From NCBI GenBank assembly GCA_902609885.1, contig CACLTT010000001.1, positions 92,170-156,169 on the forward strand: 64,000 nucleotides of DNA, in the 5' to 3' direction. This document shows positions 1 to 11,099 of this stretch, piece by piece. The position numbers and the translations under genes are program-made. Each line of letters opens with the position of its first letter. The first letter of the stretch is position 1. Below the pieces are notes generated by a model. That model had not been told where the DNA came from. It searched no databases and saw only the letters and a program-made list of their open reading frames with translations. Source of the DNA: an uncultured Candidatus Hydrogenedens sp. Its GTDB lineage: Bacteria; Desulfobacterota_D; UBA1144.

Positions 1-2
1 AT

Positions 3-1568
3 CTAAGAAGCTTGGCTCATAAGTTTATATTCAAAACTATCAATTAAAGCTTTCCAACTTGCTTCGACAATATCACTTGAAACACCTATTGTTGACCAAG
101 AAGTTTTTTTATCACTTGATTCAATTATCACCCTAACTAATGACTCCGTTCCCTTGCTGCCTGATACAACCCTGACTCTGTAGTCTTTTAACTCAACCTC
201 CTTAAGAGATGGATATTCATTTACCAAAGTTTTTCGCAATGCATTATCTAACGCATTCACAGGACCTGTACCAGAAGATTCATTTTCTATAATTTGATTA
301 TTAATTTTCACTTTTACTTTAGCAAATGAATCAGATGATGGAATAATTTGTCTAGTATTGATTTCAGTTTCAAGCAGTTCAATTTTTGGTACATAGTTAC
401 CTGAAAATTTTTTTACAAAAAGTTCAAAAGATGCATCAACATTTTCAAATTCATAGCCATTATTTTCCAATTTTTTTAATTCTTGTAAAATTATAGATAA
501 ATTATCATCGTTAATATTTGTAATTCCAAGCTCATCGAGTTTATATGAGATATTGCTTCTTCCTGATAAGTCAGATACGAGAATTCTTCTCTTGTTTCCA
601 ACAAGTTCAGGTTCAATATGTTCATAAGTTGAGGTATCTCTCATTACTGCACTAACGTGAATACCACCCTTATGAGCAAAAGCACTTTTACCTACAAAAG
701 GTAATTTGTTATTAATTGGCAGATTTGCAAGCTCATTTATGAAGTTTGATACTTCTGATAATTTTTCTAAATTTTCTTTTTTAATACATTCTATGTTCAT
801 TTTTAGATTCAGATTTGCAATTATTGAACAAAGGTTAGCATTACCGCATCTTTCACCATATCCATTTATTGTTCCCTGTATTTGATTTGCACCTGCTAGA
901 ACTGCTTGAAGCGCGTTCGCAACCCCCAAGTCAGAGTCATTATGTGAATGAATTCCAAGTATCTTATTTTTTGAAAATTCTTTAACCACTTTAACAGCCT
1001 TGTCTATTTCCCATGGTGTTGAACCACCGTTTGTATCACATAGAATTACACCATCAGCACCACCGTTAATTGCGGATAGTATTGTTGATATTGAGTATTT
1101 TTCATTAGCTCTATAACCATCAAAAAAATGTTCAGCATCAAAAAAAACTTCATCAGTTCTTTTCTTTAAATATTCAATTGTATCATAAACAAGCTCTAGG
1201 TTTTGTTCATTTGATATTTTTAATGCTTTATTTACATGAAAATCCCAAGTTTTTCCTACAATGGTTATAACATCAGTTTCTGCTTTTAGAAGTGATTGCA
1301 CATTAGGATCATTATCGCAATTATTATTAGCTCTTCTTGTACTACCAAAAGCCGCAAGTTTTGAATTTATTAATTTTTCATTTTTAATTTTTTTAAAAAA
1401 ATCTTCATCTCTATCATTTGACCCAGGCCATCCACCTTCGATATATTTTATTCCAAGCTCATCTATTTTATGAGCTACTCTTATCTTATCTTCAACAGAA
1501 AATGAAATACCTTCACCTTGAGTCCCGTCTCTTAATGTAACATCATATACATCTACATTATTCATCAT
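3..1568 (-). CDS. cimA: Citramalate synthase (LeuA/CimA family)
   Basis: DVTLRDGTQGEG, EGGWPGSN, FDAEHFFDG, HSHND, GERCGNANL, AFAHKGGIH and a C-terminal allosteric domain (GPVNALD); directly downstream of lysC. Confidence 0.9.
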   Translation of the reverse strand: MMNNVDVYDVTLRDGTQGEGISFSVEDKIRVAHKIDELGIKYIEGGWPGSNDRDEDFFKKIKNEKLINSKLAAFGSTRRANNNCDNDPNVQSLLKAETDVITIVGKTWDFHVNKALKISNEQNLELVYDTIEYLKKRTDEVFFDAEHFFDGYRANEKYSISTILSAINGGADGVILCDTNGGSTPWEIDKAVKVVKEFSKNKILGIHSHNDSDLGVANALQAVLAGANQIQGTINGYGERCGNANLCSIIANLNLKMNIECIKKENLEKLSEVSNFINELANLPINNKLPFVGKSAFAHKGGIHVSAVMRDTSTYEHIEPELVGNKRRILVSDLSGRSNISYKLDELGITNINDDNLSIILQELKKLENNGYEFENVDASFELFVKKFSGNYVPKIELLETEINTRQIIPSSDSFAKVKVKINNQIIENESSGTGPVNALDNALRKTLVNEYPSLKEVELKDYRVRVVSGSKGTESLVRVIIESSDKKTSWSTIGVSSDIVEASWKALIDSFEYKLMSQAS

Positions 1569-2791
1569 TATCCTAATCCGAACTCTTTATGAAGAGAGGA
1601 TATTGCCTTTTTGCACAAATTTTTATTAATTACACAAGAAATTTTAATTTCTGAAGTACTAATCATGCTTATGTTTATTTTAGATTTTGCAAGTGATGTA
1701 AACATTCGAGTTGCAATCCCAGTATGAGTTTTCATTCCAGCACCTACTATCGAAACCAAAGCGATCTTTTCATCTTTAATAAGTTTATAATAGTAAAGCC
1801 TTGACTTGTTTTCTCTTAATATTTTAAATGTTTTATTCAAGTCTTCCTTGGGTATCGTAAAGGTGAGGTCAGTTTCACCTTCAGTGCTTATATTCTGAAC
1901 AATCATATCAACGATAATACCAGATTCACTAATAGGTTTAAAAATTTTGCTAGCAATACCTGGTGTGTCTTTAATCCCTATAATTGAAATTTTTGCTTGT
2001 TTTAAGTCATGCGTTATTCCTGATACAACTTTTTTTTCTCTTAATGGTATTTTTTTTTCATTCATAACAATTGTTCCTTTTTTTTTATTATCAAATGTAG
2101 ATTTAACATAAATTTTTGTATTTGATTGGTTTGCCACTTCTACGGCTTTAGATTGTAAGACTTTAGATCCAAGGCTAGACATTTCAAGCATTTCTTGATA
2201 TGAAATATAATTAATTTTCTTTGCTTTTCTATATAATCTAGGGTCTGTTGTATATATCCCATCTACATCATCTTTAAGGAGCTCGCATCTTTCAGCCTTT
2301 AAAGCTCCAGCTATCGCAACTGCAGATAAATCTGAACCACCTCTACCCAAAGTTGTTATATCGTTATTTGAATTAATACCTTGAAAACCAGGAATCACAA
2401 CTACAAATCCTTTTGATAAATATTTTTTAATTTCTTTTGTTCCTATAGAAACGATTGAAGCCTTACCATGAATATTATCAGTCAAAATGTTTGCCTTTGA
2501 TGCATCTAGGCTTAAGGCTTTAACATTTATTTCATTTAATGCCATAACTAACAAGCTGGAGGATACTTTTTCACCAGTTGAAATAATTTGATCATACTCT
2601 CTTTCGTTAGGTAATAATGAGATTGAACTAATTAATTTTATTAACTTATCTGTTTCACCTGCCATTGCAGATACAATAACTACAGTTGAGATTTTTTTAT
2701 TTTTAAGTTTTTTTATATTTTGAGCAATTTTTTTTATTTTAGTAATACTTCCAACACTGGTGCCGCCATATTTTTGAACAATAATTTCCAT
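1568..2791 (-). CDS. lysC: Aspartate kinase
   Basis: VQKYGGTSVG, TTLGRGGSD, DVDGIYTTDPR and two ACT domains (ISTSEIKIS). Confidence 0.95.
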   Translation of the reverse strand: MEIIVQKYGGTSVGSITKIKKIAQNIKKLKNKKISTVVIVSAMAGETDKLIKLISSISLLPNEREYDQIISTGEKVSSSLLVMALNEINVKALSLDASKANILTDNIHGKASIVSIGTKEIKKYLSKGFVVVIPGFQGINSNNDITTLGRGGSDLSAVAIAGALKAERCELLKDDVDGIYTTDPRLYRKAKKINYISYQEMLEMSSLGSKVLQSKAVEVANQSNTKIYVKSTFDNKKKGTIVMNEKKIPLREKKVVSGITHDLKQAKISIIGIKDTPGIASKIFKPISESGIIVDMIVQNISTEGETDLTFTIPKEDLNKTFKILRENKSRLYYYKLIKDEKIALVSIVGAGMKTHTGIATRMFTSLAKSKINISMISTSEIKISCVINKNLCKKAISSLHKEFGLG

Positions 2792-2795
2792 AATC

Positions 2796-3227
2796 TTAAA
2801 TCTCTATACTAATCTCTCTTTGGTTAATATTATCTCTTATAAAATTAAAATAAATACTAAATGACTTTTCTTCAAAAATTTTTAATTCCTCTAAAAATTT
2901 ATCTGGCCATTCTATAAATGTTAAAGAATTACTTTCATTTAGGATTTCATTCATACCTATCATCTCTAATTCTGAAAAATCTTCAACTCGATAAAAATCA
3001 AAATGGTTGATACGCATATTACTCACGGAATTATAACTATTGAGAATTAAGAAACTAGGGCTTGAAACTTGATTAATAACATTGATTTTTTCACAATATT
3101 TCCTGACAAAAGTAGTTTTGCCTGATCCAAGATCACCATGGAGCAAAATTATATTTTTATCACCTTGATTAGCTCTTATATAGTCTATTAATTTATCTAG
3201 TTCTTTTATATGCCAAATTTTATTCAT
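2796..3227 (-). CDS. tsaE: tRNA threonylcarbamoyladenosine biosynthesis ATPase TsaE
   Basis: GDLGSGKTTF P-loop, VSSPSF, HFDFYR, IEWP. Confidence 0.95.
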   Translation of the reverse strand: MNKIWHIKELDKLIDYIRANQGDKNIILLHGDLGSGKTTFVRKYCEKINVINQVSSPSFLILNSYNSVSNMRINHFDFYRVEDFSELEMIGMNEILNESNSLTFIEWPDKFLEELKIFEEKSFSIYFNFIRDNINQREISIEI

Positions 3228-4788
3228 TTACAATAATTTTCTCGTTTTGATCCTTCAAATTTTTATTTGTAGGCCAAAAACATTCAGGAATATATTTTAT
3301 TATATCTCTAGCTAATATACCTCTATTATATTTTTTGCTCCTAACAATATCCCCCGCTTTACCATGCGCATATACACCCAAGATTGCAGAATTTATTGTT
3401 GAATAATTTTGAGCTGTAAGACTTCCAATGATTCCAGATAAAGAATCACCCATACCGCCTGTTGCCATACCTTCATTTCCAGATCCATTTATATATATTT
3501 CTCCTTTTATGCCGGAGGTTATTGTACGAAATCCTTTTAATACAGTTACAACATGATTTTTTTTCGAAAATGATCTTGCAACTGATATTCTATTGTTTTG
3601 AATCTCAGAAATTTTTGTTTTTATCAATCTACTCATTTCTCCAGGATGAGGAGTGATTATTATGTTTTTTTTATGTTTTTTTAAAAGGGATATATCTTCA
3701 TCTAAACAATTTAAAGCATCTGCATCTATAATAAACTTACAATCAAAATTTTTAACAAGTTCAAAAATAAGTTTTTTAAATTTTTTTGAATTTCCCATAC
3801 CAGGTCCTATTAGAATAGAAGTTGGTTTTTTTGTTAATTTTTTCTTTAAATTTTCAATAAAACTATTATCATCAAAAGTTTTTCCATCTTTTTTATTAGG
3901 CATATCAATTATTATTGCTTCTGGAACATTCTTCTTTAGAATAGGAGATATACATTCGGGTATGCAAATACTAACAAGCCCACAACCAGATCTATATGCA
4001 GAAAGTCCAGCAATAGTTACAGCGCCTGGCATATTCTTAGAGCCCCCAATAATCAGGAGATGCCCATGACTTCCTTTATTAGATGATTTTTTTCTTTTCA
4101 ATAAATTTTTTGAAAAAAAATCATGATCGATATAGTAGTGACTAGTCTTTAGAAATATTTCTTTTGGTGTCCCAAGATTTATTACATGGATTTTTTTTGA
4201 TTTTTGGTAACCTGGGTCATTAATTAATCCAACCTTTGCAATATCATAAGTAATGGTTAAGTCAGACTTTATACAAATACCTAACTCCATACCAGAAGTT
4301 GCGCATTGACCTGATGGAATATCTAAGGAGCATATTTTTCTTTTTGAATTGTTTATGAATTTAATTATTTTGAATATATTTGAATTTGATTTAATTTTTC
4401 TGTTTAGTCCAATACCAAAAATTCCATCAACAATTAAATCATAATTTTGAAGTTTTGAATTAGAGATTTTTTTAATAAAATTAGTTTTAATTCTTTTTAA
4501 AACTCTTAAATTTATATTTAGTTCAGGTGAATTACTTTTATTACTATTTATTAAAAAAATATCAACTTTTATTCCACTGATTTGCAAGTGCCTCGCAACA
4601 ACTGCAGCATCCCCCCCATTATTTCCATTTCCAATAATTATTAAGACGTTTGATAATTTAAAGTTTTTTTTTATAACTTCGGATGATTTAAGACCAGCAA
4701 TTTCCATTCTTATCAGTGAACTTATTTTATATTTTGAACTGATATTTTTATCTATCATTTTTGCTTCATTTGAATCAGCGATATTCAT
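3220..4788 (-). CDS. nnr: Bifunctional NAD(P)H-hydrate epimerase/dehydratase (YjeF/Nnr)
   Basis: GNGNNGGD, DGIFGIG, DIPSG in the epimerase part; KGSHG, IDADAL, TPHPGEM, GGMGD in the dehydratase part; start placed at the ATG at 4788 (ORF is open to 4818). Confidence 0.92.
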   Translation of the reverse strand: MNIADSNEAKMIDKNISSKYKISSLIRMEIAGLKSSEVIKKNFKLSNVLIIIGNGNNGGDAAVVARHLQISGIKVDIFLINSNKSNSPELNINLRVLKRIKTNFIKKISNSKLQNYDLIVDGIFGIGLNRKIKSNSNIFKIIKFINNSKRKICSLDIPSGQCATSGMELGICIKSDLTITYDIAKVGLINDPGYQKSKKIHVINLGTPKEIFLKTSHYYIDHDFFSKNLLKRKKSSNKGSHGHLLIIGGSKNMPGAVTIAGLSAYRSGCGLVSICIPECISPILKKNVPEAIIIDMPNKKDGKTFDDNSFIENLKKKLTKKPTSILIGPGMGNSKKFKKLIFELVKNFDCKFIIDADALNCLDEDISLLKKHKKNIIITPHPGEMSRLIKTKISEIQNNRISVARSFSKKNHVVTVLKGFRTITSGIKGEIYINGSGNEGMATGGMGDSLSGIIGSLTAQNYSTINSAILGVYAHGKAGDIVRSKKYNRGILARDIIKYIPECFWPTNKNLKDQNEKIIVNE

Positions 4789-4927
4789 ATTGAAATCATA
4801 AACCATTGAAAATTGCATTCCAATAGGAAAATTAAATAATTAACTTAAAAATCATTAAAAAATTAAATAGTATTGTTATTAGTAAATTTTATTTAATGTA
4901 GTAATATTCAATATATTAGATAATTAT

Positions 4928-5905
4928 ATGTTAGATAGAAATAAAACATTTTTGGAGTCTTTAAACTTTTCTGCATTAGGTTTTTCGAAATTCCTGAAAA
5001 CTAAAATAAGTGGTGCACCCAAGTTGGTTAATTTGGAAGTTACAAAATTATGTAATGCTAGATGCGATTTTTGTGACTATTGGCAAACAAGAAATGAGGA
5101 AAGGCTAAAAGATTATTCTGATTTAATAAAAAAAATAGATCCTCTTGTTGTAATGGTCACAGGCGGTGAGCCTATGTTGAGAAAAGATATTGTTGAAATT
5201 ATAAGACAAATTAAATCAGCATCTTTCTTTACTTATACCGGCATTATAACGAAAGGAGATCTATTAAATATCGATAAAGCTAGAAAACTTTATGATGCAA
5301 AAATTGATCAAATTGCAATTTCCTTAGACTTTTTAGGGGATAGGCATTCAGAAAATCGAGGTGTTAAGGGGTTATGGAATCATATTTCAGAATTGATTCC
5401 AGAAATTTCTAATAAACTAAAGAAAACAATTTCGATTAATTCAATAATTATGGATGATAATCTTGATGAAATTGTTGCTATGGCAAAACAAGCTAGGGAC
5501 TGGAGAGCAAATATCTCTTTTAGCTCTTACTCTGTTATGAAATCTAATAATGATAGCCATTTTGTTAAAGAAGAAACACAAAAAGTAAAAAATGTTATTA
5601 ACGAACTGATCGCTCTCAAACGTGAGTGGAAGGATACTATTGTATCTAGCGAATATTACTTAAAGCAAATTCCAGAGTTCTTTCAAAAAGGTTATGGACC
5701 AAGCTGTAATGCTGGACATTCCTTCTTAACTGTTACGCCTGATGGATATATAAAAAGATGTTCTGAAATGCCGGCAGTATGTCATTATAAAGATTTTAGT
5801 CCGGGTTTCTTTAATAAAACTGATTGTAAGACCTGTTGGTTTGGATGTAGGGGTGAAACTCAAGCCCCTATACTAGAAAAAGGAAAAGAGCTCATTGGTC
5901 TTTAG
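4928..5905 (+). CDS. Radical SAM protein with C-terminal SPASM/Twitch-like Cys-rich domain, substrate unknown
   Basis: CNARCDFC (CxxxCxxC), TGGEPMLR, C-terminal CNAG...PDGYIKRC...CKTCWFGC. Confidence 0.85.
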   Translation: MLDRNKTFLESLNFSALGFSKFLKTKISGAPKLVNLEVTKLCNARCDFCDYWQTRNEERLKDYSDLIKKIDPLVVMVTGGEPMLRKDIVEIIRQIKSASFFTYTGIITKGDLLNIDKARKLYDAKIDQIAISLDFLGDRHSENRGVKGLWNHISELIPEISNKLKKTISINSIIMDDNLDEIVAMAKQARDWRANISFSSYSVMKSNNDSHFVKEETQKVKNVINELIALKREWKDTIVSSEYYLKQIPEFFQKGYGPSCNAGHSFLTVTPDGYIKRCSEMPAVCHYKDFSPGFFNKTDCKTCWFGCRGETQAPILEKGKELIGL

Positions 5906-7247
5906 GTTCCCAGGTAGTAGAATCTTTTTTATCGACTAAAATAAAACCTAACTTTTCTGCCTTATCTCTTAGTTCATCTGCAAGTTTCCAATTTTTTTCT
6001 TTTCTAGCTAAATTTCTTTTATCAATAATCTCCAATATGATTTCATCATCCTCAGGCTCTTCTTTGATTGTAAAAAGGTTCATCCATCCATTTATACCCA
6101 TAACATTTTCAAATTCCTTTATTTCATCTATATTATTTATATTTATCTCTCCATCATTGACGCACTTAAAGAAGATCCCAAAAGCCTTTGCTGTATTAAA
6201 ATCATCTAGCATCGCTTCCTTCCATAGTATATTAAACTTTTTAATATTATTTTTATTTGGTGAATTTGTTCTAATTCTTTTTATAATTTTTTTTATACTT
6301 CTTTCAATTTCCATGAGTCTCTCCTCAGAAAGATCAACTGGCGTTCTATAATGGTGAGAAAGAAAAAAAATTCTTATTAGATTAAAGTCCCATCTTTCAA
6401 GCGCATCTCTAATGTTTATGATATTACCAATTGATTTTGACATTTTCTCTTGATTTATATTTATCAAACCATTATGAAGCCAATAGTTTGCAAAATTCCC
6501 CTCATTAATACTCTCAGATTGAGCTATTTCATTCTCATGATGTGGAAAAATCAGATCTCTTCCTCCTCCATGTATATCAAAATTTGAACCTAAATGATTA
6601 CAGCTCATTACAGAACATTCAATGTGCCAGCCTGGTCTTCCTTTACCCCAAGGGCTATCCCACGATGGCTCATTATTTTTTACTTTTTTCCATAATGCGA
6701 AATCTAAATCGTTTTTTTTATTTGGATTAAATTCTACTCTATGGTTTGTCAGCATTGAATCAATACTTTGATTAGATAACTTTCCATAGTTTTCAAATTT
6801 ACTTATATTAAAATACACGTCTCCATTAGCTTCGTATGCAAAGCCCCTGTCAATTATTGATAATATTAAATTAATTATTCCATCAATATTATCTGAGACA
6901 CACGGTTGAAAATCAGGTTCAATGCAACCCAAATCTTTCATATCTTTTATATATTCTTGTTTGTACTTTTCGGCAATCTCTTTAGAATCAACATCAAATT
7001 CAATAGCTTTACTAATTATTTTATCATCTATATCAGTAAAATTTTTAACATAAGTTACTTGATATCCAATATTTCTTAAAAATCTAACAATTACATCAAA
7101 TACTATTGCAGATCTTGCATGACCCATATGACTGCTTGAATACACAGTAGGCCCACAAACATAAATACCAACTTTTCCATCTTTTATTGGTTTAAATACT
7201 TCTTTTTTGTTTGTTAAAGAATTGTAGAGACTTAGTTTATTTTCCAT
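5892..7247 (-). CDS. cysS: Cysteinyl-tRNA synthetase
   Basis: YVCGPTVY, HMGH (HIGH), DFALWK, GRPGWHIECS, KMSKS. Confidence 0.97.
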   Translation of the reverse strand: MENKLSLYNSLTNKKEVFKPIKDGKVGIYVCGPTVYSSSHMGHARSAIVFDVIVRFLRNIGYQVTYVKNFTDIDDKIISKAIEFDVDSKEIAEKYKQEYIKDMKDLGCIEPDFQPCVSDNIDGIINLILSIIDRGFAYEANGDVYFNISKFENYGKLSNQSIDSMLTNHRVEFNPNKKNDLDFALWKKVKNNEPSWDSPWGKGRPGWHIECSVMSCNHLGSNFDIHGGGRDLIFPHHENEIAQSESINEGNFANYWLHNGLININQEKMSKSIGNIINIRDALERWDFNLIRIFFLSHHYRTPVDLSEERLMEIERSIKKIIKRIRTNSPNKNNIKKFNILWKEAMLDDFNTAKAFGIFFKCVNDGEININNIDEIKEFENVMGINGWMNLFTIKEEPEDDEIILEIIDKRNLARKEKNWKLADELRDKAEKLGFILVDKKDSTTWEPKDQ

Positions 7248-8051
7248 TTACGAAAGCTCTTCTCCACCGTCAATTCTTATGACATTGCCAGTTATCCAAT
7301 CGGCACCTGGATGTGAAAGTGCAACTATGCTCCCAGAAATATCACCAGGAAGGGTTAGTCTTTTACTAGGATTAGCCTTTAAAGCCCCATCAACAATTTC
7401 TTTATTTCCTGGTATTTTTTCTAATGCAGGCGTAAGAGTTACTCCAGCACATAAAGAATTTGCTGTTATTCCTTCAGGAGCTAATTCAACAGCTATCTGT
7501 CTAATGTGAGATTCAAGTGCAGATTTCGCTGCTGATACAGGTCCATATGTAGGCCAAATTTTTCTACTACCCGCGCTAGACATTGCATAAATTCGAGCAT
7601 TTTTGCTGAATAAGTCTCTCGAATATATATCTTGAGTCCAGTAAACTAATGAATTGGCCATTACATCTAAGGTCATTTCCATATTTTTTTGAGTTACATT
7701 TTGTTGAGAATCGTTTGATACATATGGCTTTAATGATCCAAAAGCTAAAGAGTGAAGTAAAATTTTAATTTTTTTATCGTCTTTACCAATTAATTCATAT
7801 ATTTCATCAAGACAGTCTTTCCTTTTTTGTTCATCTGCGGCATTTATATTATAGAATTTTGCCTTAGAGTCATTTTTTTCAATATGTTGAACAATTTCTT
7901 CAACGTTCTGCATTGTTCCTTTTCTATCAAGATGAATACCAATAATATTGACGCCATATTCCGATAATTTTTTTGAAACTTCTCCACCGAATCCACTTGA
8001 TGAGCCTAATATAAGAGCCCATTCATCCTTAAGCCAATTATTTATTTCCAT
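7248..8051 (-). CDS. SDR oxidoreductase, FabL-like enoyl-ACP reductase
   Basis: GSSSGFG Rossmann loop, YGPVSAAK (Yx6K, enoyl-reductase type), WITGNVIRIDGG; ATG at 8051 follows an AAGGAAGG RBS (ORF is open to 8069). Confidence 0.75.
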   Translation of the reverse strand: MEINNWLKDEWALILGSSSGFGGEVSKKLSEYGVNIIGIHLDRKGTMQNVEEIVQHIEKNDSKAKFYNINAADEQKRKDCLDEIYELIGKDDKKIKILLHSLAFGSLKPYVSNDSQQNVTQKNMEMTLDVMANSLVYWTQDIYSRDLFSKNARIYAMSSAGSRKIWPTYGPVSAAKSALESHIRQIAVELAPEGITANSLCAGVTLTPALEKIPGNKEIVDGALKANPSKRLTLPGDISGSIVALSHPGADWITGNVIRIDGGEELS

Positions 8052-8125
8052 ATTACCTTCCTTAAACATTTTATAGAAAGTTTACGCATTAGGAGATCAT
8101 ATTCAAGGTATTATAAGTTAGAGAA

Positions 8126-9361
8126 ATGAAAAATATAATTGAAATAATAACAACTGGCGATGAAATCTTGTCAGGAATTACTCAGGATACAAACTTTTCT
8201 TGGTTGTGTGACTCAATATTTAAGTATGGACTTAAGGTAAATTATCATCAATGCATTGGAGACAACCTTGAGCATTTAATAAATTCGCTTGAATTAGCTT
8301 CATCTAGATCCAATATAATAATTTTTACCGGTGGATTAGGACCAACAGATGATGACTTAACCAGGTTGGCTGCATCTAGATTTTTTAACAAGAAGCTTAT
8401 ACAAAATAAAAATTCAGAAAAAAAAATAAAGAATATTTTTAAAAAAAGAAAGCGAAAATATTCTAAAATTAACAAAAAGCAGTCTTTTTTTCCTGAGGGA
8501 AGCAAAATAATAGAGAACCCTTTTGGGACAGCTGATGGATTTTTAATTAAGAAAAAAAATAGTTCTTTTTATTTTTTTCCAGGTGTCCCCAAAGAGTTGA
8601 AAATTATGATTGAAAAATCATTGTTTAAAAATCTTTATAAACTTATAAAATCATCAAAAAATTTTATGAAATCAGAAATGCTTAAAATATATGGATTACC
8701 CGAATCAGAAGTTGCAGAAATAATTGATGGAATTAGTTCAATAAATACAGAAGTTGGTTATAGGCCAAGTAATTTTGAAATACACCTTAGACTAACATCA
8801 TTTGGTAATACAAGTGAAAACGCATTATCAGAGTCAAAAAGATTTAAGACCAGGATTGAAAAGAGGCTGAAAAATTTTATTTTTTCTGATAAAGGTGAAA
8901 CATTAGCCGAGGTAGTTTTTAAAAAATTATTGAGTAATAAAATTACAATATCTTTTGCAGAATCATGCACTGGTGGAATGATCTCAAATACTTTAACAGA
9001 TATACCTGGTTCATCAAAAGTGTATGGTCTAGGATTAAATACATATAGTAACACTGCGAAAAATAAAATTTTAAATGTCCCGTTCAAATTGATAAATAAA
9101 TATGGAGCTGTTAGTAGAGTGGTCGTGAGATCGATGGTAAAAAATTTGATAAAATTATCAAGCTCTGATGTGGGCGTTGCAATATCGGGGATTGCTGGGC
9201 CTGGCGGAGGAACAGATGACAAACCTATAGGAACAGTATTTGTTGCTTATCTAATGAATAATAAAGTTATAACTAAGAAATATTTTTTTACTGGGACGCG
9301 AAAGACAGTTAAATTTAGAACCACTCTTGAAGTTTTTGATTTTTTGAGAAAAAACCTATAA
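8126..9361 (+). CDS. cinA: Competence/damage-inducible CinA (MocF-like domain plus NMN deamidase)
   Basis: GDEILSG, GGLGPTDDDLT, PGVPKE, AESCTGG, GAVS, SGIAGPGGG; upstream of recA. Confidence 0.93.
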   Translation: MKNIIEIITTGDEILSGITQDTNFSWLCDSIFKYGLKVNYHQCIGDNLEHLINSLELASSRSNIIIFTGGLGPTDDDLTRLAASRFFNKKLIQNKNSEKKIKNIFKKRKRKYSKINKKQSFFPEGSKIIENPFGTADGFLIKKKNSSFYFFPGVPKELKIMIEKSLFKNLYKLIKSSKNFMKSEMLKIYGLPESEVAEIIDGISSINTEVGYRPSNFEIHLRLTSFGNTSENALSESKRFKTRIEKRLKNFIFSDKGETLAEVVFKKLLSNKITISFAESCTGGMISNTLTDIPGSSKVYGLGLNTYSNTAKNKILNVPFKLINKYGAVSRVVVRSMVKNLIKLSSSDVGVAISGIAGPGGGTDDKPIGTVFVAYLMNNKVITKKYFFTGTRKTVKFRTTLEVFDFLRKNL

Positions 9362-9419
9362 TAAAATAATATGGAAACAATCCTTTAAATCCTGTATATT
9401 ACAAAAATAGGAGAATTAA

Positions 9420-10445
9420 TTGGCGGAAACTAAAAAAAGTACAGATCAAATAGATGATTCTAAGGATAAACTCAAAGCTATAGAGTCGACAATTTCTTCA
9501 ATTGAAAAGCAATTTGGGAAAGGATCGATAATGAGGTTAGATGGTGATACTGTGAAGGATGTTGTATCAATCTCAACCGGTTCAATATGTATTGATAGTG
9601 CACTTGGGGTAGGTGGATTTCCAAGAGGAAGAATCATTGAGATATATGGCCCAGAGGCTTCTGGAAAAACTACTTTAGCTTTACACGCGATAGCTGAGAC
9701 CCAAGAAAATGGAGGAGTAACAGCTTTTGTTGATGCAGAACATGCATTTGACCCATCATATGCAAAAGGTATAGGTATAAAAAATGAAGAACTATTAATT
9801 TCTCAACCTGATTATGGCGAACAAGCACTTGAAATAGTTGATCAACTCGTACGAAGTTCTGCAGTCGATATGGTCGTAGTTGACTCTGTCGCAGCGCTGA
9901 CTCCTAAATCTGAGTTAGATGGAGAAATGGGTGATACTCATGTCGGTTTACAAGCAAGATTGATGTCTCAAGCTTTAAGAAAAATCACTGCTACTGTTTC
10001 AAGATCTAAATGTACGGTAATATTCATAAACCAACTTAGAATGAAAATTGGTGTTCCTTCTTATATGAGTCCAGAGACAACTACTGGGGGTAATGCTTTA
10101 AAATTTTATTCCTCAGTAAGGCTTGATGTTAGAAGAATAGCATCTATTAAAACTCCTGATAGTGTTGTGGGAAACAGGGTTAGAGTCAAAGTAGTTAAAA
10201 ATAAAGTTGCCCCACCATTCAAAGAGGCTGAAGTTGACATAATTTTTGGAAAAGGTATTTCTAAGTTAGGCGAGCTTATTGATCTCGGAGTTGAATTAGG
10301 TTTCGTTGAAAAGGCTGGTGCTTGGTATTCATATTCTGGCGAAAGGATCGGACAAGGTCGTGAAAATTCGCAGAAGTTCTTGGTTGAAAATCCTGATATG
10401 AAAAACAAATTAGAAAATGAGATTAAATCTACTATTAACAAATAA
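9420..10445 (+). CDS. recA: Recombinase RecA
   Basis: [35 protein letters not shown]; TTG start after AGGAG. Confidence 0.99.
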   Translation: MAETKKSTDQIDDSKDKLKAIESTISSIEKQFGKGSIMRLDGDTVKDVVSISTGSICIDSALGVGGFPRGRIIEIYGPEASGKTTLALHAIAETQENGGVTAFVDAEHAFDPSYAKGIGIKNEELLISQPDYGEQALEIVDQLVRSSAVDMVVVDSVAALTPKSELDGEMGDTHVGLQARLMSQALRKITATVSRSKCTVIFINQLRMKIGVPSYMSPETTTGGNALKFYSSVRLDVRRIASIKTPDSVVGNRVRVKVVKNKVAPPFKEAEVDIIFGKGISKLGELIDLGVELGFVEKAGAWYSYSGERIGQGRENSQKFLVENPDMKNKLENEIKSTINK

Positions 10446-11078
10446 ATGATTTCTTTATCATTAGATACATGTAATAAAAAAACAAGTATATGTCTTAAAA
10501 AGAATGATTACTATTTAACTGAAACTATTGATTCTGACACCCCGAACCATTGTGAAATATTGGTACCTATGATTCAAAAAATTTTACAATCAAACAAAAA
10601 TAATATTTCTGATATTGATGAAGTAAGAGTTAACACAGGCCCTGGTAATTTAGTTTCACTTAGAATAGGGATTACGGTTGCTAATATTTTATCAAAATCT
10701 CTAAAAATTCCTATTATAGGGATTCCTTCATTTTATGCACATAATGGTTGCAATGATATTTATGATCATTCTGTCATAATTGCAATAAATATTAGGAATG
10801 GATTATATGCATATGCTGAATTTGATTCTAATTCTATGAAAATTTTAGATTATAGTTTTAAATCAGATCAAGATAAAATAAATAAAATAATATCTAGAAA
10901 TCATAAATTAATTTCTGATTCACTAATTGATGATTTCTTAGTCTCAAAAGGTTTTTGTCAGAATGATATTTCAGCATATAATATTGCAAAGCTTGAAACA
11001 TCAAATTTGATGAATCTATTACAGAAAAGCATTCCAATAAGACCAATTAATGAATATTCATTTGTAGTCAATAACTAA
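10446..11078 (+). CDS. tsaB: tRNA threonylcarbamoyladenosine biosynthesis protein TsaB (divergent)
   Basis: LSLDT, HCEILVPMI, GPGNLVSLRIG (variant of GPGSFTGLRIG). Confidence 0.82.
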   Translation: MISLSLDTCNKKTSICLKKNDYYLTETIDSDTPNHCEILVPMIQKILQSNKNNISDIDEVRVNTGPGNLVSLRIGITVANILSKSLKIPIIGIPSFYAHNGCNDIYDHSVIIAINIRNGLYAYAEFDSNSMKILDYSFKSDQDKINKIISRNHKLISDSLIDDFLVSKGFCQNDISAYNIAKLETSNLMNLLQKSIPIRPINEYSFVVNN

Positions 11079-11099
11079 TTTTAATATATAATAAAACGA

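Noticed and set aside
3-1568. Citramalate route to isoleucine (cimA with leuCD and ilvC)
   Set aside because: Well-established pathway and known lysC-cimA synteny; not novel.
9390-9406. Possible LexA/SOS box upstream of recA (TGTA-TAT-TACA)
   Set aside because: Does not fit CTGT-N8-ACAG or other boxes I know, and I saw no matching copy upstream of uvrA; likely chance or part of the -10 region.
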